Shown: one piece after another, positions 43,901 through 55,769 of the stretch
Layout: every line of letters begins with the position of its first letter
Position numbering within the stretch: position 1 is the stretch's first letter
Source: Acidobacteriota bacterium
GTDB taxonomy: Bacteria > Acidobacteriota > Terriglobia > Acidiferrales > UBA7541
Length of the DNA: 64,000 bases
Direction of reading: 5' to 3'
NCBI GenBank assembly: GCA_021812285.1
Contig: JAKAOH010000003.1
Coordinates: 1,863-65,862 of the forward strand
Program-made: the position numbers and the translations under genes
Notes under the pieces: generated by a model
What the model was told of the DNA's origin: nothing
The model's input: the letters and a program-made list of their open reading frames with translations, nothing else
Database searches by the model: none

Positions 43901-45598
43901 GTGAACCGCATGAACTCTGAAACCAACGCGGCCGGTTCCGGATGGTTTCGCGGTATTCGCCCGATCACGCGCTCGCGCGTGGTACAGGACGCGATTGCGG
44001 GCGTCCAACTGGCGGCGCTGAGCATCCCGCAGGCGCTCGGCTATACGAAGATTGCCGGCACGCCCGTCGTGACGGGTTTCTACACGCTGCTTTTGCCGCC
44101 GCTGGGTTTTGCGGCATTCGGTTCCTCGCGCTATCTGGTGGTGGCAGCCGATTCCGCAACCGCCGCGATTCTTGCCGGTGGTCTTGCGGCCCTGGCGCCG
44201 CTGGCGAGTCCGCGGTACGTCGCGCTGGCGAGCCTCGTCGCGCTGATGACGGCGGCGCTGCTGCTTCTGGCGCGTCTGCTCAAACTCGGTTTCCTGGCCG
44301 ATTTTCTCTCGCAAACCGTGCTCGTCGGATTCCTGACGGGAGTGGGATTCCAGGTGGGCATCGCGGTGCTGGGGGAAATGCTCGGCATCCCGGTTCATTC
44401 ACGAAGCACCGTATTTCAACTCGCGGAAGTGGTCCGCGGCCTGCCCAAGCTGCATCCGCTCACACTGCTCGTATCGGCCGGCGTCGTGTTCCTGATCTTC
44501 GCCTTTCATCGCCTGGCGCCCAGAATTCCCGGCCCGCTAATCGCGGTCGTCGGAGCGATCGTGGCCAGCGCTCTGTTCCATCTTTCCTCGCGCGGCGTGC
44601 AAGTCATCGGCCCGGTCACCGGCGGACTTCCGGGTTTAGGTTTGCCGCGGGTCAGCTGGCACGACGCGGCGGTTCTCATCCCGCTCGCGGCGTCGTGCGT
44701 GGTGGTGATCGTGGCGCAGAGCGCGGCGACCGCCCGCGTCTACGCGATGCGGCACCATCAAACGCTCGATGAGAACGCCGATCTGGCCGGGCTCGTCCTC
44801 GCCAACGTGGCCGCCGGATTCAGCGGAACGTTCGTGGTAAACGGGAGCCCGACGCAAACCGAAATGGTGGAAAGCTCGGGTGGGCGCAGCCAGATCGCGC
44901 AAATGACGATGGCGGTCGTCGTCGGAATCGCGCTGCTTCTTCTGACGCGCCCGCTCGAAGATTTGCCGCGTTGCGCGCTGGGCGCCATCGTCTTCGTGAT
45001 CGCGGTTCGACTGGTGGATCTGCGCGGCCTGCGCGAAATCCTCCGGGAGAGCCCCGGCGAATACGCCGTGGCGTTGATGACGGCGTGCGTCGTCGTGCTA
45101 GTCGGCGTCGAGCAGGGAATTATTTTGGCGATGGTGGTGTCGCTGCTGCGCGTGGTGCGGCACAGCTACCATCCGCACACCGGCGTGCTCGTGCAAACGG
45201 ACGCCGGCGGCTGGCAAACGCTGCCGGTGTTGCCCGGCACGGTGACCGAGCCGGGTATGGCGATCTATCGTTTCGGCGCCCCGCTGTTCTACGCCAATGC
45301 GAACCGGTTTTCCGAGGAGGTGTCGCGCTTGGTTCTCGGCGAAGATTCCGGAGTGCGCTGGGTGATTGTCGATTCCGAAGCGATGACCAACATTGATTAT
45401 TCCGCCGCGGGCGTGGTCCGGGATTTGTATCGCGACCTGTCCGATCGAGGAATCGTTCTGGCTTTTGCCCGCGTCCACCCGGCGCTTGCGGCCGATCTGG
45501 ACAGGCATCGCGTCACCGAGGCCATCGGACCGTCCCACGTCTTCTCCCGCCTGCACGACGCCCTGGCTGCCTACGAGGAATCTCGCCGGAAATCCTAG
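43901..45598 (+). CDS. SulP-family anion transporter with C-terminal STAS domain
   Basis: 565 aa with multiple TM helices. N-terminal signature AGVQLAALSIPQALGYTKIAG and a STAS-like tail. The start is the GTG at 43901 or the ATG at 43910. Confidence 0.85.
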   Translation: MNRMNSETNAAGSGWFRGIRPITRSRVVQDAIAGVQLAALSIPQALGYTKIAGTPVVTGFYTLLLPPLGFAAFGSSRYLVVAADSATAAILAGGLAALAPLASPRYVALASLVALMTAALLLLARLLKLGFLADFLSQTVLVGFLTGVGFQVGIAVLGEMLGIPVHSRSTVFQLAEVVRGLPKLHPLTLLVSAGVVFLIFAFHRLAPRIPGPLIAVVGAIVASALFHLSSRGVQVIGPVTGGLPGLGLPRVSWHDAAVLIPLAASCVVVIVAQSAATARVYAMRHHQTLDENADLAGLVLANVAAGFSGTFVVNGSPTQTEMVESSGGRSQIAQMTMAVVVGIALLLLTRPLEDLPRCALGAIVFVIAVRLVDLRGLREILRESPGEYAVALMTACVVVLVGVEQGIILAMVVSLLRVVRHSYHPHTGVLVQTDAGGWQTLPVLPGTVTEPGMAIYRFGAPLFYANANRFSEEVSRLVLGEDSGVRWVIVDSEAMTNIDYSAAGVVRDLYRDLSDRGIVLAFARVHPALAADLDRHRVTEAIGPSHVFSRLHDALAAYEESRRKS

Positions 45599-45802
45599 CG
45601 GACATTTCTTAAATTAGCGGGAAGCGACCCTACCCCGCTCGACGCTGGCGCCTTCGCTATCGAAACGGCCCGTCCAACGTGAGGTCCACTCGCCTTGACC
45701 CGCCGGCCAAGCGTCCCCTATCATGAGCTTTACCTTCCGCGGAACCGCTCTCCCTGGCTTTTCGATAGTTGGAATCGCTGGAAATTCGGTTACGCGCAGC
45801 AT

Positions 45803-47089
45803 ATGGGTGCCTTGATGGCGGAAACGACCTGCTGGAAAGAGATGGAACTCGAGATTCCCGCCGATAAAGTGCAGGCGGAAATCGAAAAGATCGCCAAGGA
45901 CCTGGCGCGCGTGGCCCGCATTCCCGGTTTCCGGCCCGGCAAAGCGCCGATCAGCCTGATCCGGCGCCGCTTCGCCGGCGAGATCAAGGACGAAGTGGTG
46001 CAATCGCTGGTGCCGGAGCGGCTGGAACGGGCGCTCGACGAAGCCAAGCTGACGCCGGTGGCGCGGCCCCAAGTGGAAAAGGTGGATTTCGACGAAGCGG
46101 GCGCGGTGAAATTCAAGGCGCGGTTCGAGGTCCTGCCGGAATTCGAGCTGGGCGACTACAAGAATCTGGAAATCGAAGTTGAATCCACCGACGTCACCGA
46201 TGCCGATGTCGATCGAGCGATCGAGGAGCGCCGCGAAAGCGCCGCCACCTTCGTTCCGGTGGAGGGCCGTCCCATTCAGAACGGCGATTATGCCGTAGTG
46301 AAGTTGCTCGGCACGCCGGTGGGCGGCGGGGATCCCATCCGCATGGACAACGCGCTCTGCCACGTGGGCTCGGAAGAAACCGTGGCGGCATTCACCGAAA
46401 ATCTGCTCGGCGCCAGCGCCGGAGACCATCGGAAGTTCGAAGTCCAATACCCGGAGGATTATCCCGATCGCAAACTCAGCGGCAAAACGTTCCAGTTCAG
46501 CGCCGAGGTCGTTGCGGTGCGCGAGCGCAAGCTGCCCGAACTGAACGACGACCTGGCTAAGGAAACCGGGGAAGCGGAAACGCTCGAAGACTTGCGCAAG
46601 AAGGCGCGCGAATCGCTCGAAGCCGCCCGCGACGAGCGCCAGAAAATGGCGGCGCAGGACAAAATCGTGGACCTGCTCCTGAGCCGGCATTCCTTTCCCA
46701 CGCCCGAGGCCCTCGTCGAGCGCCAGGCGGACGCCCGGCTCGAGCGGGCGGTGCGGCGCTTGATGGCGCAGGGGGTGGACCCGCGGGCGGTGAACGTGGA
46801 TTGGGTGGCGCTGCGCAAGCAGCAGCGCGAACGCGCCGAGGGTGATGTCCGCGCCGAGTTGCTGCTCGACCGGATCGCCACCGCCGAGAATTTTGAAGTG
46901 ACTGATGAGGAGCTAGAAAAGGAGCTGGAAGGGATCGCCGAACGCAGCGGAGAGAGTTTGCCGGCGGTTCGCGCTCGCTTGACAAGGGAAGGCGCGACCG
47001 ATACGATGAAATCGAAGTTGCGAAGCGAAAAAACGTTGGACTGGCTTTACCAGCAGGCCAAAATCCGCGTAGCCCGGAAGAGCGGGTGA
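45803..47089 (+). CDS. tig: trigger factor
   Basis: Ribosome-binding signature GFRPGKAP and tig-clpP-clpX synteny. The start is the ATG at 45803 or 45815; the ORF-track start at 45695 is unlikely. Confidence 0.9.
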   Translation: MGALMAETTCWKEMELEIPADKVQAEIEKIAKDLARVARIPGFRPGKAPISLIRRRFAGEIKDEVVQSLVPERLERALDEAKLTPVARPQVEKVDFDEAGAVKFKARFEVLPEFELGDYKNLEIEVESTDVTDADVDRAIEERRESAATFVPVEGRPIQNGDYAVVKLLGTPVGGGDPIRMDNALCHVGSEETVAAFTENLLGASAGDHRKFEVQYPEDYPDRKLSGKTFQFSAEVVAVRERKLPELNDDLAKETGEAETLEDLRKKARESLEAARDERQKMAAQDKIVDLLLSRHSFPTPEALVERQADARLERAVRRLMAQGVDPRAVNVDWVALRKQQRERAEGDVRAELLLDRIATAENFEVTDEELEKELEGIAERSGESLPAVRARLTREGATDTMKSKLRSEKTLDWLYQQAKIRVARKSG

Positions 47090-47125
47090 GCGGGCGCGAT
47101 CTCCGAAGCTTCCCAAATTCCCGCC

Positions 47126-47746
47126 ATGAGACAATCTGACGACGGCACTTTTCGGGCGACGACTCTCATTCCAATGGTGGTTGAACAAACCAACCGGGGC
47201 GAGCGCGCCTACGATATTTATTCGCGCCTTCTGCGCGACAACATCATCTTCATCGGCACGCCGATCGACGACCACGTCGCCAACCTCGCCACGGCGCAAT
47301 TGCTCTTTCTGGCCGCGGAAGACCCGGAAAAGGACATCTCGCTCTACATCAATTCGCCCGGTGGCTCGATCACCGCGGGGATGGCCATTTACGACACCAT
47401 GCAGTTCGTGCGTCCCGACGTCGTGACGATCTGCATCGGCCAGGCGGCTTCAGTCGCCGCAGTTCTGCTCACCGCCGGCGCGCCCAAGAAGCGCTTCTGC
47501 CTGCCGAACGCCCGCGTCCTGATCCACCAACCGTGGATTTCGAGCGTTTCCGGCCAGGCCACCGATATCGATATCACCGCAAAGGAGATACTGCGCATGC
47601 GGGCGGTGCTTGCGCAGATTCTGGCCAAACACACCGGACAGCCGATCGAGAAAATCGATCGCGACACCGAACGTGACTTCATCATGACCGCAGAGCAGGC
47701 CAAGGAATACGGGATCGTGGATGAGATCATCGCCAAACATCCCTGA
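47126..47746 (+). CDS. clpP: ATP-dependent Clp protease proteolytic subunit
   Basis: Contains [10 protein letters not shown], the GQAAS active-site Ser context and IHQP. Confidence 0.95.
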   Translation: MRQSDDGTFRATTLIPMVVEQTNRGERAYDIYSRLLRDNIIFIGTPIDDHVANLATAQLLFLAAEDPEKDISLYINSPGGSITAGMAIYDTMQFVRPDVVTICIGQAASVAAVLLTAGAPKKRFCLPNARVLIHQPWISSVSGQATDIDITAKEILRMRAVLAQILAKHTGQPIEKIDRDTERDFIMTAEQAKEYGIVDEIIAKHP

Positions 47747-47866
47747 AGCCGTTCGTAAGGGTTACCTCATGCCCTGGAACACGGGAAGCCTTCGGGGGGC
47801 GGACCGGCCTACAATAGGTTCGGGCGCGGGGGTGCATCCAACCCGCAGGCGGAGGAGCCACCAGTC

Positions 47867-49120
47867 TTGAGGAAAATCGGGGAAGAAATGCTTCGCTGTT
47901 CCTTCTGCCACAAGACGCAGGAACAGGTGGAGAAGCTCATCAGTTCGCCCTCGGATACCGCGAAGGCCTACATCTGCAACGAGTGTGTGCGCGTCTGCCA
48001 GCAGATCCTCGACGAGGAGAAGCGCGAGCAGGCCGCCGGACCAGCCGCCACGCGCCGGCTGCCGCGCCCGCCCGAGATCAAGCAGTTTCTCGAGGATTAC
48101 GTGATCGGCCAGGAGAAAACGAAGAAAAAGCTGGCCGTCGCCGTCTACAACCACTACAAGCGCATCCAGCTGAACCGCCAGGCGAGCGAGATCGAGGTCT
48201 CGAAATCCAATATTTTGTTGATCGGACCGACCGGAACCGGCAAGACGCTGCTGGCCCAGACGCTTTCCCGAATGCTCGAAGTGCCCTTCGCCATCGTCGA
48301 CGCGACCACGCTGACCGAAGCCGGCTACGTCGGCGAGGACGTCGAAAACATCATTCTGAAGCTCCTGCAAGCTGCCGATTGGGACGTGGCCAAGGCGCAG
48401 CAGGGCATCATCTACATCGATGAGATCGACAAGATTTCCAAGAAGGACGAAAGCCCTTCGATCACCCGCGACGTCTCCGGCGAGGGCGTCCAGCAGGCGC
48501 TTTTGAAAATCCTGGAAGGGACCGTCGCCAACGTCCCGCCGCAGGGCGGACGCAAGCACCCCTACCAGGAATTCATTCCGGTGGATACGACGAACGTCCT
48601 TTTCATTTGCGGCGGGGCTTTCGTCGGCCTGGAAAAAACCATCGAACGGCGCATCGGCCAGCGTTCGGTGGGTTTCCACACCACTGGCGAGCCGTCCACT
48701 CCGACGCGGCGCAATATCGGCCTGCTCGAGCAGGTCCAGCCGGTGGATCTGATCCACTACGGCCTGATTCCCGAGTTCGTCGGCCGGCTGCCCGTGGTCG
48801 GCGTTCTGGAAGACCTCAACAAGCAGGCGCTGATCCGGATTTTGCGCGAGCCGAAGAACGCCCTGGTGCGCCAGTACCAGAAGCTTTTCGAATTCGAGGG
48901 CGTGCGGCTGGAATTCACCGACGACGCGCTCGAAACCGTGGCGGAAATGGCGCTCGAGCGCAAGGTGGGCGCGCGCGGGCTGCGGATGATCCTCGAGGAT
49001 CTGATGCTCGACCTGATGTACCACCTGCCCGCCCAGCGGCGCATCCGCGAATTCGTTTTGACGAGCGAAATGGTTCGCTCCCAGCAGATCAATTGGGCCC
49101 TACTTGAAAAGGCGGGATGA
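47867..49120 (+). CDS. clpX: ATP-dependent Clp protease ATP-binding subunit ClpX
   Basis: N-terminal zinc module CSFCHK...CNEC, Walker [12 protein letters not shown] start, with an alternative ATG at 47888. Confidence 0.95.
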   Translation: MRKIGEEMLRCSFCHKTQEQVEKLISSPSDTAKAYICNECVRVCQQILDEEKREQAAGPAATRRLPRPPEIKQFLEDYVIGQEKTKKKLAVAVYNHYKRIQLNRQASEIEVSKSNILLIGPTGTGKTLLAQTLSRMLEVPFAIVDATTLTEAGYVGEDVENIILKLLQAADWDVAKAQQGIIYIDEIDKISKKDESPSITRDVSGEGVQQALLKILEGTVANVPPQGGRKHPYQEFIPVDTTNVLFICGGAFVGLEKTIERRIGQRSVGFHTTGEPSTPTRRNIGLLEQVQPVDLIHYGLIPEFVGRLPVVGVLEDLNKQALIRILREPKNALVRQYQKLFEFEGVRLEFTDDALETVAEMALERKVGARGLRMILEDLMLDLMYHLPAQRRIREFVLTSEMVRSQQINWALLEKAG

Positions 49121-49142
49121 AGCGGCAGTGAAAGACTTGGGA

Positions 49143-51545
49143 ATGTTCGCAAAGGACAAAGGCGAAACCAGGCGCGTGCCGATGATGCCGGTGCGGGATA
49201 TGGTCATTTTCCCGCAAGTGATGACGCCGTTCATCGTTGGACGCGAGGCTTCCGTGCGCGCGCTCGAGGAGGCGCTCTCGAGCGACAAGCGCATTTTCCT
49301 CGCCACGCAGCACGACGCCTCGGTGGACGATCCCAAGCCGACCGAAATCTACCAGGTCGGCACGCTGGCGCGAATCGTCCAGAGCGTTCGCCTGCCCGAC
49401 GGCAATATCCGCGTGCTCGTGGAAGGCACCGAGCGCGCGCGCATGGTTCAACTTTCGAGCGAAGAGGGCTTTTTCCGCGCCTCGCTGCGCGTGCTGCAAA
49501 GCCGCGCCGAAATCACGCCCCAGATCGAGCAGGTCACCCGCCGGGTGACCGGGCTGTTCGAACAGTACGTGAAACTGGCGCAGAGCCTGAATTACGACAG
49601 CGTCGTCGCTTCGGTCCGCACCGAGGACCCTGACCGCCTGGCCGACAGCATCGCCTGGAACATCCAGATCCCGGTGCAGGAAAAGCAGGAACTGCTCGAA
49701 ATCCTCGATCCGGCCGAGCGGCTAAACCGCATCGCCGAGCTCCTCGAAGCCGAAATCGAGAAGCTTAACGTGGATCGCACCATCAACAACCGCGTGAAGC
49801 GGCAGATGGAACGCGCGCAAAAAGAGTATTACCTCAACGAAAAGCTCAAGGCGATTCAGAAGGAACTGGGCCGGAACGAGGCCGCCGAATTCGAGCAGCT
49901 CCGCAAACAGATCGAGGCGGCCGGAATGTCCGCCGACGCCAAGGAAAAGGCGGTGCAGGAGCTGAAGCGGCTGGAAGCGATGCCGCCGATGTCGGCCGAG
50001 TCCACCGTTTCCCGCAACTACCTCGATTGGCTCCTCGCGGTGCCGTGGAAAAAGCATTCCCGCGAAATCCGCGATATCGCCGCCGCGGAAAAGATTTTGA
50101 ACGAGGATCACTACGGCCTGGAAAAGATCAAGGAGCGCATTCTCGAATACCTCGCCGTGCGCCAACTGGTGAAGAATCCCAAGGGCTCGATCCTCTGCTT
50201 CCTCGGCCCTCCGGGCGTCGGCAAGACGTCGCTTGCGATGTCCATCGGCCGCGCCACCGGCCGGAAATTCGTCCGGCTGTCGCTCGGCGGCGTGCGCGAT
50301 GAAGCGGAAATCCGCGGCCATCGCCGCACCTACATCGGGGCGCTGCCCGGCCAGATCATCCAGATGATGCGCAAGGCCGGCGTGACGAATCCCGTCTTCG
50401 TCCTCGACGAAGTGGACAAGATGTCCATGGATTTTCGCGGGGATCCTTCGGCGGCGCTGATGGAAGTGCTCGATCCCGAGTTGAATCACGCCTTCACCGA
50501 TCATTACCTCGACGTCGAATACGACCTGTCGAAGGTGATGTTCATCTGCACCGCCAACGTGCTCCACACGATTCCCCAGCCGCTCCAGGACCGGATGGAA
50601 GTTCTGCGGCTTTCCGGGTACACCGAGCGGGAAAAACTGGAAATCGGCCGCCGCTTCCTCGTGCCGAAGCAGCGGGAAGCCACCGGGCTCACCGAGAGCA
50701 ACGTGGGCCTGTCCGACGAGGCGCTCACGCACCTGACCCGCTACTACACGCACGAAGCCGGCGTTCGGAACCTCGAACGCGAAATCGCCAACGTCTGCCG
50801 CAAAATCGCCCGCAAAGTTGTGAAGGAGGGCGAAAAGACGGCGGTGCAGGTGACTCCGGAAAATATTCAGGAATTTCTCGGCGTCATCAAGTACCGAGAT
50901 CCATGGTCGCAGAAGAAAAACGAAGTCGGTTTGACGATCGGCCTTGCCTGGACGGAAATGGGCGGCCAGGTGCTCGCCACCGAAGCCAGTATCATGCCCG
51001 GCAAGGGCCGCTTGACGCTGACCGGGCAGATGGGCGACGTGATGCAGGAATCGGCGCAGGCCGGAATGAGTTACATCCGCTCGCGTAGCGCGCAGTTCGG
51101 CCTTGCCAGCGATTTCTACCGGCATCTCGATATCCATGTGCACGTTCCCGAGGGCGCGATCCCGAAGGACGGTCCCTCGGCGGGCATCACCATCGCCACT
51201 TCGCTCGCCAGCGCGCTCACGCGCATCCCGGTTTCCTGCCACGTGGCGATGACCGGAGAAATCACGTTGCGGGGCAAGGTGCTGCCGATCGGCGGCGTGA
51301 AGGAAAAACTGCTCGCGGCGCATCGCAGTGGAATCCGCACGGTCATTCTGCCGAAGGATAATGAAAAGGATTTGGCCGACCTGCCCGCCGAAATTCTCGC
51401 CGAACTGACGGTGAAATTCGTCGAAAAGATGGACGAGGTTCTCTCTCTCGCGCTCGAGCGTTCGTTGCCCGCCACGGCCGAGCCGGTGGAAGTGGCGCAG
51501 GAATTCAACGAGAACCTGCAGCAGGACCAGGAATTGACCAACTGA
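49143..51545 (+). CDS. lon: ATP-dependent Lon protease
   Basis: Walker [10 protein letters not shown] and catalytic Ser context PKDGPSAGI. The preferred start is the ATG at 49143, since the ORF-track start at 49104 overlaps clpX. Confidence 0.95.
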   Translation: MFAKDKGETRRVPMMPVRDMVIFPQVMTPFIVGREASVRALEEALSSDKRIFLATQHDASVDDPKPTEIYQVGTLARIVQSVRLPDGNIRVLVEGTERARMVQLSSEEGFFRASLRVLQSRAEITPQIEQVTRRVTGLFEQYVKLAQSLNYDSVVASVRTEDPDRLADSIAWNIQIPVQEKQELLEILDPAERLNRIAELLEAEIEKLNVDRTINNRVKRQMERAQKEYYLNEKLKAIQKELGRNEAAEFEQLRKQIEAAGMSADAKEKAVQELKRLEAMPPMSAESTVSRNYLDWLLAVPWKKHSREIRDIAAAEKILNEDHYGLEKIKERILEYLAVRQLVKNPKGSILCFLGPPGVGKTSLAMSIGRATGRKFVRLSLGGVRDEAEIRGHRRTYIGALPGQIIQMMRKAGVTNPVFVLDEVDKMSMDFRGDPSAALMEVLDPELNHAFTDHYLDVEYDLSKVMFICTANVLHTIPQPLQDRMEVLRLSGYTEREKLEIGRRFLVPKQREATGLTESNVGLSDEALTHLTRYYTHEAGVRNLEREIANVCRKIARKVVKEGEKTAVQVTPENIQEFLGVIKYRDPWSQKKNEVGLTIGLAWTEMGGQVLATEASIMPGKGRLTLTGQMGDVMQESAQAGMSYIRSRSAQFGLASDFYRHLDIHVHVPEGAIPKDGPSAGITIATSLASALTRIPVSCHVAMTGEITLRGKVLPIGGVKEKLLAAHRSGIRTVILPKDNEKDLADLPAEILAELTVKFVEKMDEVLSLALERSLPATAEPVEVAQEFNENLQQDQELTN

Positions 51546-51805
51546 CAGGCCTCCGGGGAAGCTGCTGGTCTGGCGTGGATCGTTTGATCCCCGGGTAATG
51601 CCAAGGATGGGCCGGCGAAACGCCGGTGCTACGGGAGAAAACCGTGGCCGGGAACTCCCCGGCGGCGGTTGCCGAATCAAAGGAATACAGTCGAAATCGA
51701 AATTTGGAGGAAGACGGTCAACCGCAGAAACGCTTTGCGGACGACCGGCCGCCCATGTCTGAATCCGGAAAGAACCCCTCACGAACCCACAATGAAGGAA
51801 CAAAG

Positions 51806-53065
51806 ATGAGCATCAGTCTGGCAGAACTGAAAGAAAAGAATATCTCCGACCTGGCGAAGATCGCCAAGGAGCTGAACATCCCCGGCGCCAGCGGAATGCG
51901 CAAGCAGGAGCTGATTTTCCAGATCCTGCGCGGGCAGGCGGAAAAGAGCGGATTGATCTTTTCCGAAGGCGTGCTGGAATGCCTGCCGGACGGCTTCGGC
52001 TTCCTGCGCGCGCCGGAATACAACTACCTGCCGGGTCCGGACGATATCTACGTCTCGCCGTCGCAGATCCGCAAATTCGATCTGCGCACCGGCGACACGA
52101 TTAGCGGCCAGGTGCGGCCGCCCAAGGAGGGCGAACGCTACTTCGCGCTGGTGAAAGTCGAAGCGATCAACTTCGAGGACCCGGAAGTCGCGCGGAACAA
52201 GATTTTCTTCGACAACCTGACGCCGCTCTACCCGCAGGAACGCATTCGGCTGGAAACGGCGAAGGAAAACCTGACCGGCCGCGTGCTGGATATGCTCTGC
52301 CCGATCGGCAAAGGGCAGCGCGGACTGATCGTCGCGCCGCCGCGCACCGGCAAGACGATGATGCTGCAATCGGTGGCGAATTCCGTGACGGCGAACCATC
52401 CGGAAGTTTCGCTCATCGTGCTGCTGATTGATGAGCGGCCGGAGGAAGTGACCGACATGCAGCGCACGGTGAAGGGCGAGGTGATCAGCTCGACCTTCGA
52501 CGAACCGCCGCAGCGGCACATTCAGGTGGCGGAAATGGTGCTGGAAAAGGCGAAGCGCCTGGTCGAGCACCGGCGCGACGTCGTGATCCTGCTCGATTCG
52601 CTCACGCGTCTCGCTCGAGCCTACAACGCCGTCACGCCGCCTTCCGGCAAAGTGCTTTCCGGCGGTATCGACGCCAACGCGCTCCAGCGGCCGCGCCGCT
52701 TTTTCGCCGCCGCGCGAAATATCGAGGAGGGCGGCTCGCTCACCATCATCGCCACCTGCCTCGTCGATACCGGCAGCCGCATGGACGACGTGATTTTCGA
52801 GGAGTTCAAGGGCACCGGCAACATGGAAATCAACCTCGACCGCCGCCTGGTGGACAAGCGCATCTTCCCCTCGATCGATATCAACCGCTCGGGCACGCGA
52901 AAGGACGAACTGCTGCTGCCGCCGGAGGAATTGAATCGCGTCTGGATCCTGCGCAAGGTGCTGAGTCCGCTTTCGCCGGTGGAAGCGATGGAACTGCTGC
53001 TCAGCCGGCTCTCGAAAGCGAAAACGAACTCGGAGTTTCTGGCTTCGATGCAAAGCCCGTCCTGA
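51806..53065 (+). CDS. rho: transcription termination factor Rho
   Basis: The ATG at 51806 after GAAGGAA gives the canonical 419 aa. N-terminus [19 protein letters not shown] and P-loop APPRTGKT. Confidence 0.95.
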   Translation: MSISLAELKEKNISDLAKIAKELNIPGASGMRKQELIFQILRGQAEKSGLIFSEGVLECLPDGFGFLRAPEYNYLPGPDDIYVSPSQIRKFDLRTGDTISGQVRPPKEGERYFALVKVEAINFEDPEVARNKIFFDNLTPLYPQERIRLETAKENLTGRVLDMLCPIGKGQRGLIVAPPRTGKTMMLQSVANSVTANHPEVSLIVLLIDERPEEVTDMQRTVKGEVISSTFDEPPQRHIQVAEMVLEKAKRLVEHRRDVVILLDSLTRLARAYNAVTPPSGKVLSGGIDANALQRPRRFFAAARNIEEGGSLTIIATCLVDTGSRMDDVIFEEFKGTGNMEINLDRRLVDKRIFPSIDINRSGTRKDELLLPPEELNRVWILRKVLSPLSPVEAMELLLSRLSKAKTNSEFLASMQSPS

Positions 53066-53145
53066 GGACGGAATCGGCGGGCATTCTTCGCGGCGTTTTA
53101 TCGTCCGGGGCTGCTCGTTGGGCTTCCGAGCGCGGCGGGCGCATT

Positions 53146-53832
53146 TCAGCGGGCTTCGGCTTTCCGTTCCTTTTCCCTGGCCAGCAAAACAATCAGCCGG
53201 GCGACTTCCTCGGCTTCCATGGCCGTCGTGTCCAGGATGATGGCGTCGGGCGCGGCGGCCAGGGGAGACGCAGCGCGCTCGGCGTCTCGCCGGTCTCGCG
53301 CCACCACGTCGCGCTTCATTTCCGCGAAATCAATGGGCACGCCTCGCGCGGCCAGTTCGTCGGCGCGGCGCCGGGCTCGAATTTCGGCTGAAGCAGTCAG
53401 AAACACTTTCAAATCGGCGCCGGGCAAAACCACCGTGCCGATGTCGCGGCCTTCCATCACTACGCCGCCCGCGGCGGCAAATTCCCGTTGCCGGGCCACC
53501 AGAATCGCTCGAACGCCGGGAATCGTCGAAACGTACGATGCGGCCTGGGCGGCTTCGGGGCGCCGGATTTCCGCGGTCACTTCCTCGCCGTCGAGCCAAA
53601 CGCGCGTTTCGCCGCCCGTCCAGCGCAGCTCGATGCGCGAGCGCGCAACCACGGCCTCCGCTTGCGCGGCGTCGGTCAGGGAGACGTCGGCGCGGAGTGC
53701 GGCCAGCGCCGCGGCGCGATACATCGCGCCGGTGTCGAGGTAAGCGTAACCCAGCAACTCGGCCACACGTTTCGCGGCGGTGCTTTTGCCCGATCCGGCC
53801 GGGCCGTCAAGCGCGATTTTCAGTTTCGCCAT
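53146..53832 (-). CDS. cmk: cytidylate kinase
   Basis: Start MAKLKIALDGPAGSGKST (P-loop) at 53832; 228 aa. It lies 8 nt downstream of mutL. Confidence 0.9.
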   Translation of the reverse strand: MAKLKIALDGPAGSGKSTAAKRVAELLGYAYLDTGAMYRAAALAALRADVSLTDAAQAEAVVARSRIELRWTGGETRVWLDGEEVTAEIRRPEAAQAASYVSTIPGVRAILVARQREFAAAGGVVMEGRDIGTVVLPGADLKVFLTASAEIRARRRADELAARGVPIDFAEMKRDVVARDRRDAERAASPLAAAPDAIILDTTAMEAEEVARLIVLLAREKERKAEAR

Positions 53833-53840
53833 TTCCGCCG

Positions 53841-55769
53841 CTAGATCCGCTTGAACGCCTTTTCGATTTCCTTCACGGAATAGCGCAACAGCACGGGCCG
53901 TCCGTGGGGGCAGCTCATCGGATATTCGGTGCGGGAAAGCTCGGCGAGCAGCCACTCCATTTTCGGCTGATCGAGCGGCATATGCGCCTTGATCGCGGCG
54001 CGGCACGCCGTCGAAGCGGCGATTTTCCGCTGCACCGTTTCGAGCGAAACGGCTTGATGCTCACGCTCGATGCCGTCGAGAATCTCTTCGAGCAGTTTTT
54101 CCGCGTCGCTTCCCGCCACGCCGGCCGGCGCAGCCTGAATCGCCACGGTGCGCGGACCCATCGGCGCGACTTCGAAACCGTTCGCCGTCAGCTCCTCGGC
54201 AATTTGATCGAAAATCGTGAATTGCCGCGGACTCAGCTCCACGACCAGCGGAACGAGCAGCCGCTGTCCGGCGAGCGAACCGCTGCGCCTCTCTTCGAGA
54301 TGCTGTTCGAAGAGCACACGCTCGTGCGCCACGTGCTGATCCACGATCCACAGACCTTCGCCATTCACTGCGACGATGAAGCTGTTGTTCACCTGCCCGA
54401 GCGGTTTGAGCGAACCGATCGATTCCGGTTGCGATTCATGCGGTGCATGTTCGCGCGCCGCTTCGCGAAATTTTTCGGCGAAATCAACCGGAGCGGACCC
54501 AATGGAGATCGTCTGTCCGGGATCGAAAGCGAGACGAACGGTTTCGGGCCGCAGCGGGCCCTCGGTCAGTTCAAACGGCTCGCCGGACGGTGCGACGCCA
54601 GGCTGGGCAATGGGAGCGGTTGGCGGATTTGTTGCGGCCGCTATGGCCGTGGCTGCCGGCGAAGCCGCTTGCACCGAGGGAAACGCCGGCGCTGCGCCGG
54701 TGGCCGCGGTAAAACTTGCCACCGCGCGAGCCCGGGAAAGCGCCAGGCGAATCGAATCGCGAACGAAATCGTGCACGAAAGAGGAATGCCGGAAACGCAC
54801 TTCGATTTTCGCCGGATGAACGTTCACGTCCACCGCTTCCGCCGGCATTTCGAGAAAGAGCAGCACGACGGGAAACACGCCGCCGGGCGTCAGATTCCTG
54901 TAGGCTTCGCCGACCGCGTGCAGGATCAGACGGTCGCGGATCAGACGCCGGTTCACGAAGATGTAAATGTTGTTACGATTGGGCCGTTCGACCTGCGGCC
55001 GCGAAGCGAAGCCGCGCACGCTGATCTGCTGCGCCGGCTCATTCGGATCGGAATCGGGTTCGGTGATCGAAGCACGCATCGGCGCAGAATGCTCCGGGAT
55101 TTCCACCAGGTCTTCAAGCATCTGCCGGCCGAACACCTGATAGACGCGGTCCGCCAGCCGCTCGACCGGCGCGGCATTCAGGATTTCCTGGCTCGGCGTT
55201 CTGAACTGAAATCGATTTTCGGGAAACGCGAGCGCATAGTGCGTGACGAGCGACGCGATATGGCCCAGCTCGACGGTATCCGACTTCAGGAATTTCTTTC
55301 GCGCGGGCAGGGAATAAAACAGGTCGTTGACCGTGACTTTCGTGCCCGGCGGCACGCCGGCGGGCTTGACGGAAACCATTTTTCCCGCCGCCCATTCGAT
55401 GCGCGTCCCTTGCTCTTCTTCCGGGACGCGTGTTTCGAGCACCATCCGCGAAACAGCGGCGATCGTCGGCAGTGCCTCGCCGCGGAATCCGAGCGTCGCA
55501 ATCGAAAGCAGATCCTCGGCCGTGCGGAGTTTGCTGGTGGCGTGGCGCTCGAAGGCGAGCAGCGCGTCATCGCGCGTCATGCCGCAGCCGTCGTCGGTGA
55601 CGGCGATCGAGCGCTTGCCGCCGGAGACAACTTCCACTTCCACCGACCGCGCGCCGGCGTCGAGCGCGTTTTCAAGGAGTTCCTTCACCACCGAAGCGGG
55701 CCGTTCGACGACTTCGCCCGCGGCGATTTTGCTCGCCACCGTCTCCGGCAATATGCGGACCTTGCTCAT
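53841..55769 (-). CDS. mutL: DNA mismatch repair protein MutL
   Basis: GHKL N-terminus IAAGEVVERPASVVKELLENALDAGA and C-terminal CPHGRP motif. Confidence 0.95.
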   Translation of the reverse strand: MSKVRILPETVASKIAAGEVVERPASVVKELLENALDAGARSVEVEVVSGGKRSIAVTDDGCGMTRDDALLAFERHATSKLRTAEDLLSIATLGFRGEALPTIAAVSRMVLETRVPEEEQGTRIEWAAGKMVSVKPAGVPPGTKVTVNDLFYSLPARKKFLKSDTVELGHIASLVTHYALAFPENRFQFRTPSQEILNAAPVERLADRVYQVFGRQMLEDLVEIPEHSAPMRASITEPDSDPNEPAQQISVRGFASRPQVERPNRNNIYIFVNRRLIRDRLILHAVGEAYRNLTPGGVFPVVLLFLEMPAEAVDVNVHPAKIEVRFRHSSFVHDFVRDSIRLALSRARAVASFTAATGAAPAFPSVQAASPAATAIAAATNPPTAPIAQPGVAPSGEPFELTEGPLRPETVRLAFDPGQTISIGSAPVDFAEKFREAAREHAPHESQPESIGSLKPLGQVNNSFIVAVNGEGLWIVDQHVAHERVLFEQHLEERRSGSLAGQRLLVPLVVELSPRQFTIFDQIAEELTANGFEVAPMGPRTVAIQAAPAGVAGSDAEKLLEEILDGIEREHQAVSLETVQRKIAASTACRAAIKAHMPLDQPKMEWLLAELSRTEYPMSCPHGRPVLLRYSVKEIEKAFKRI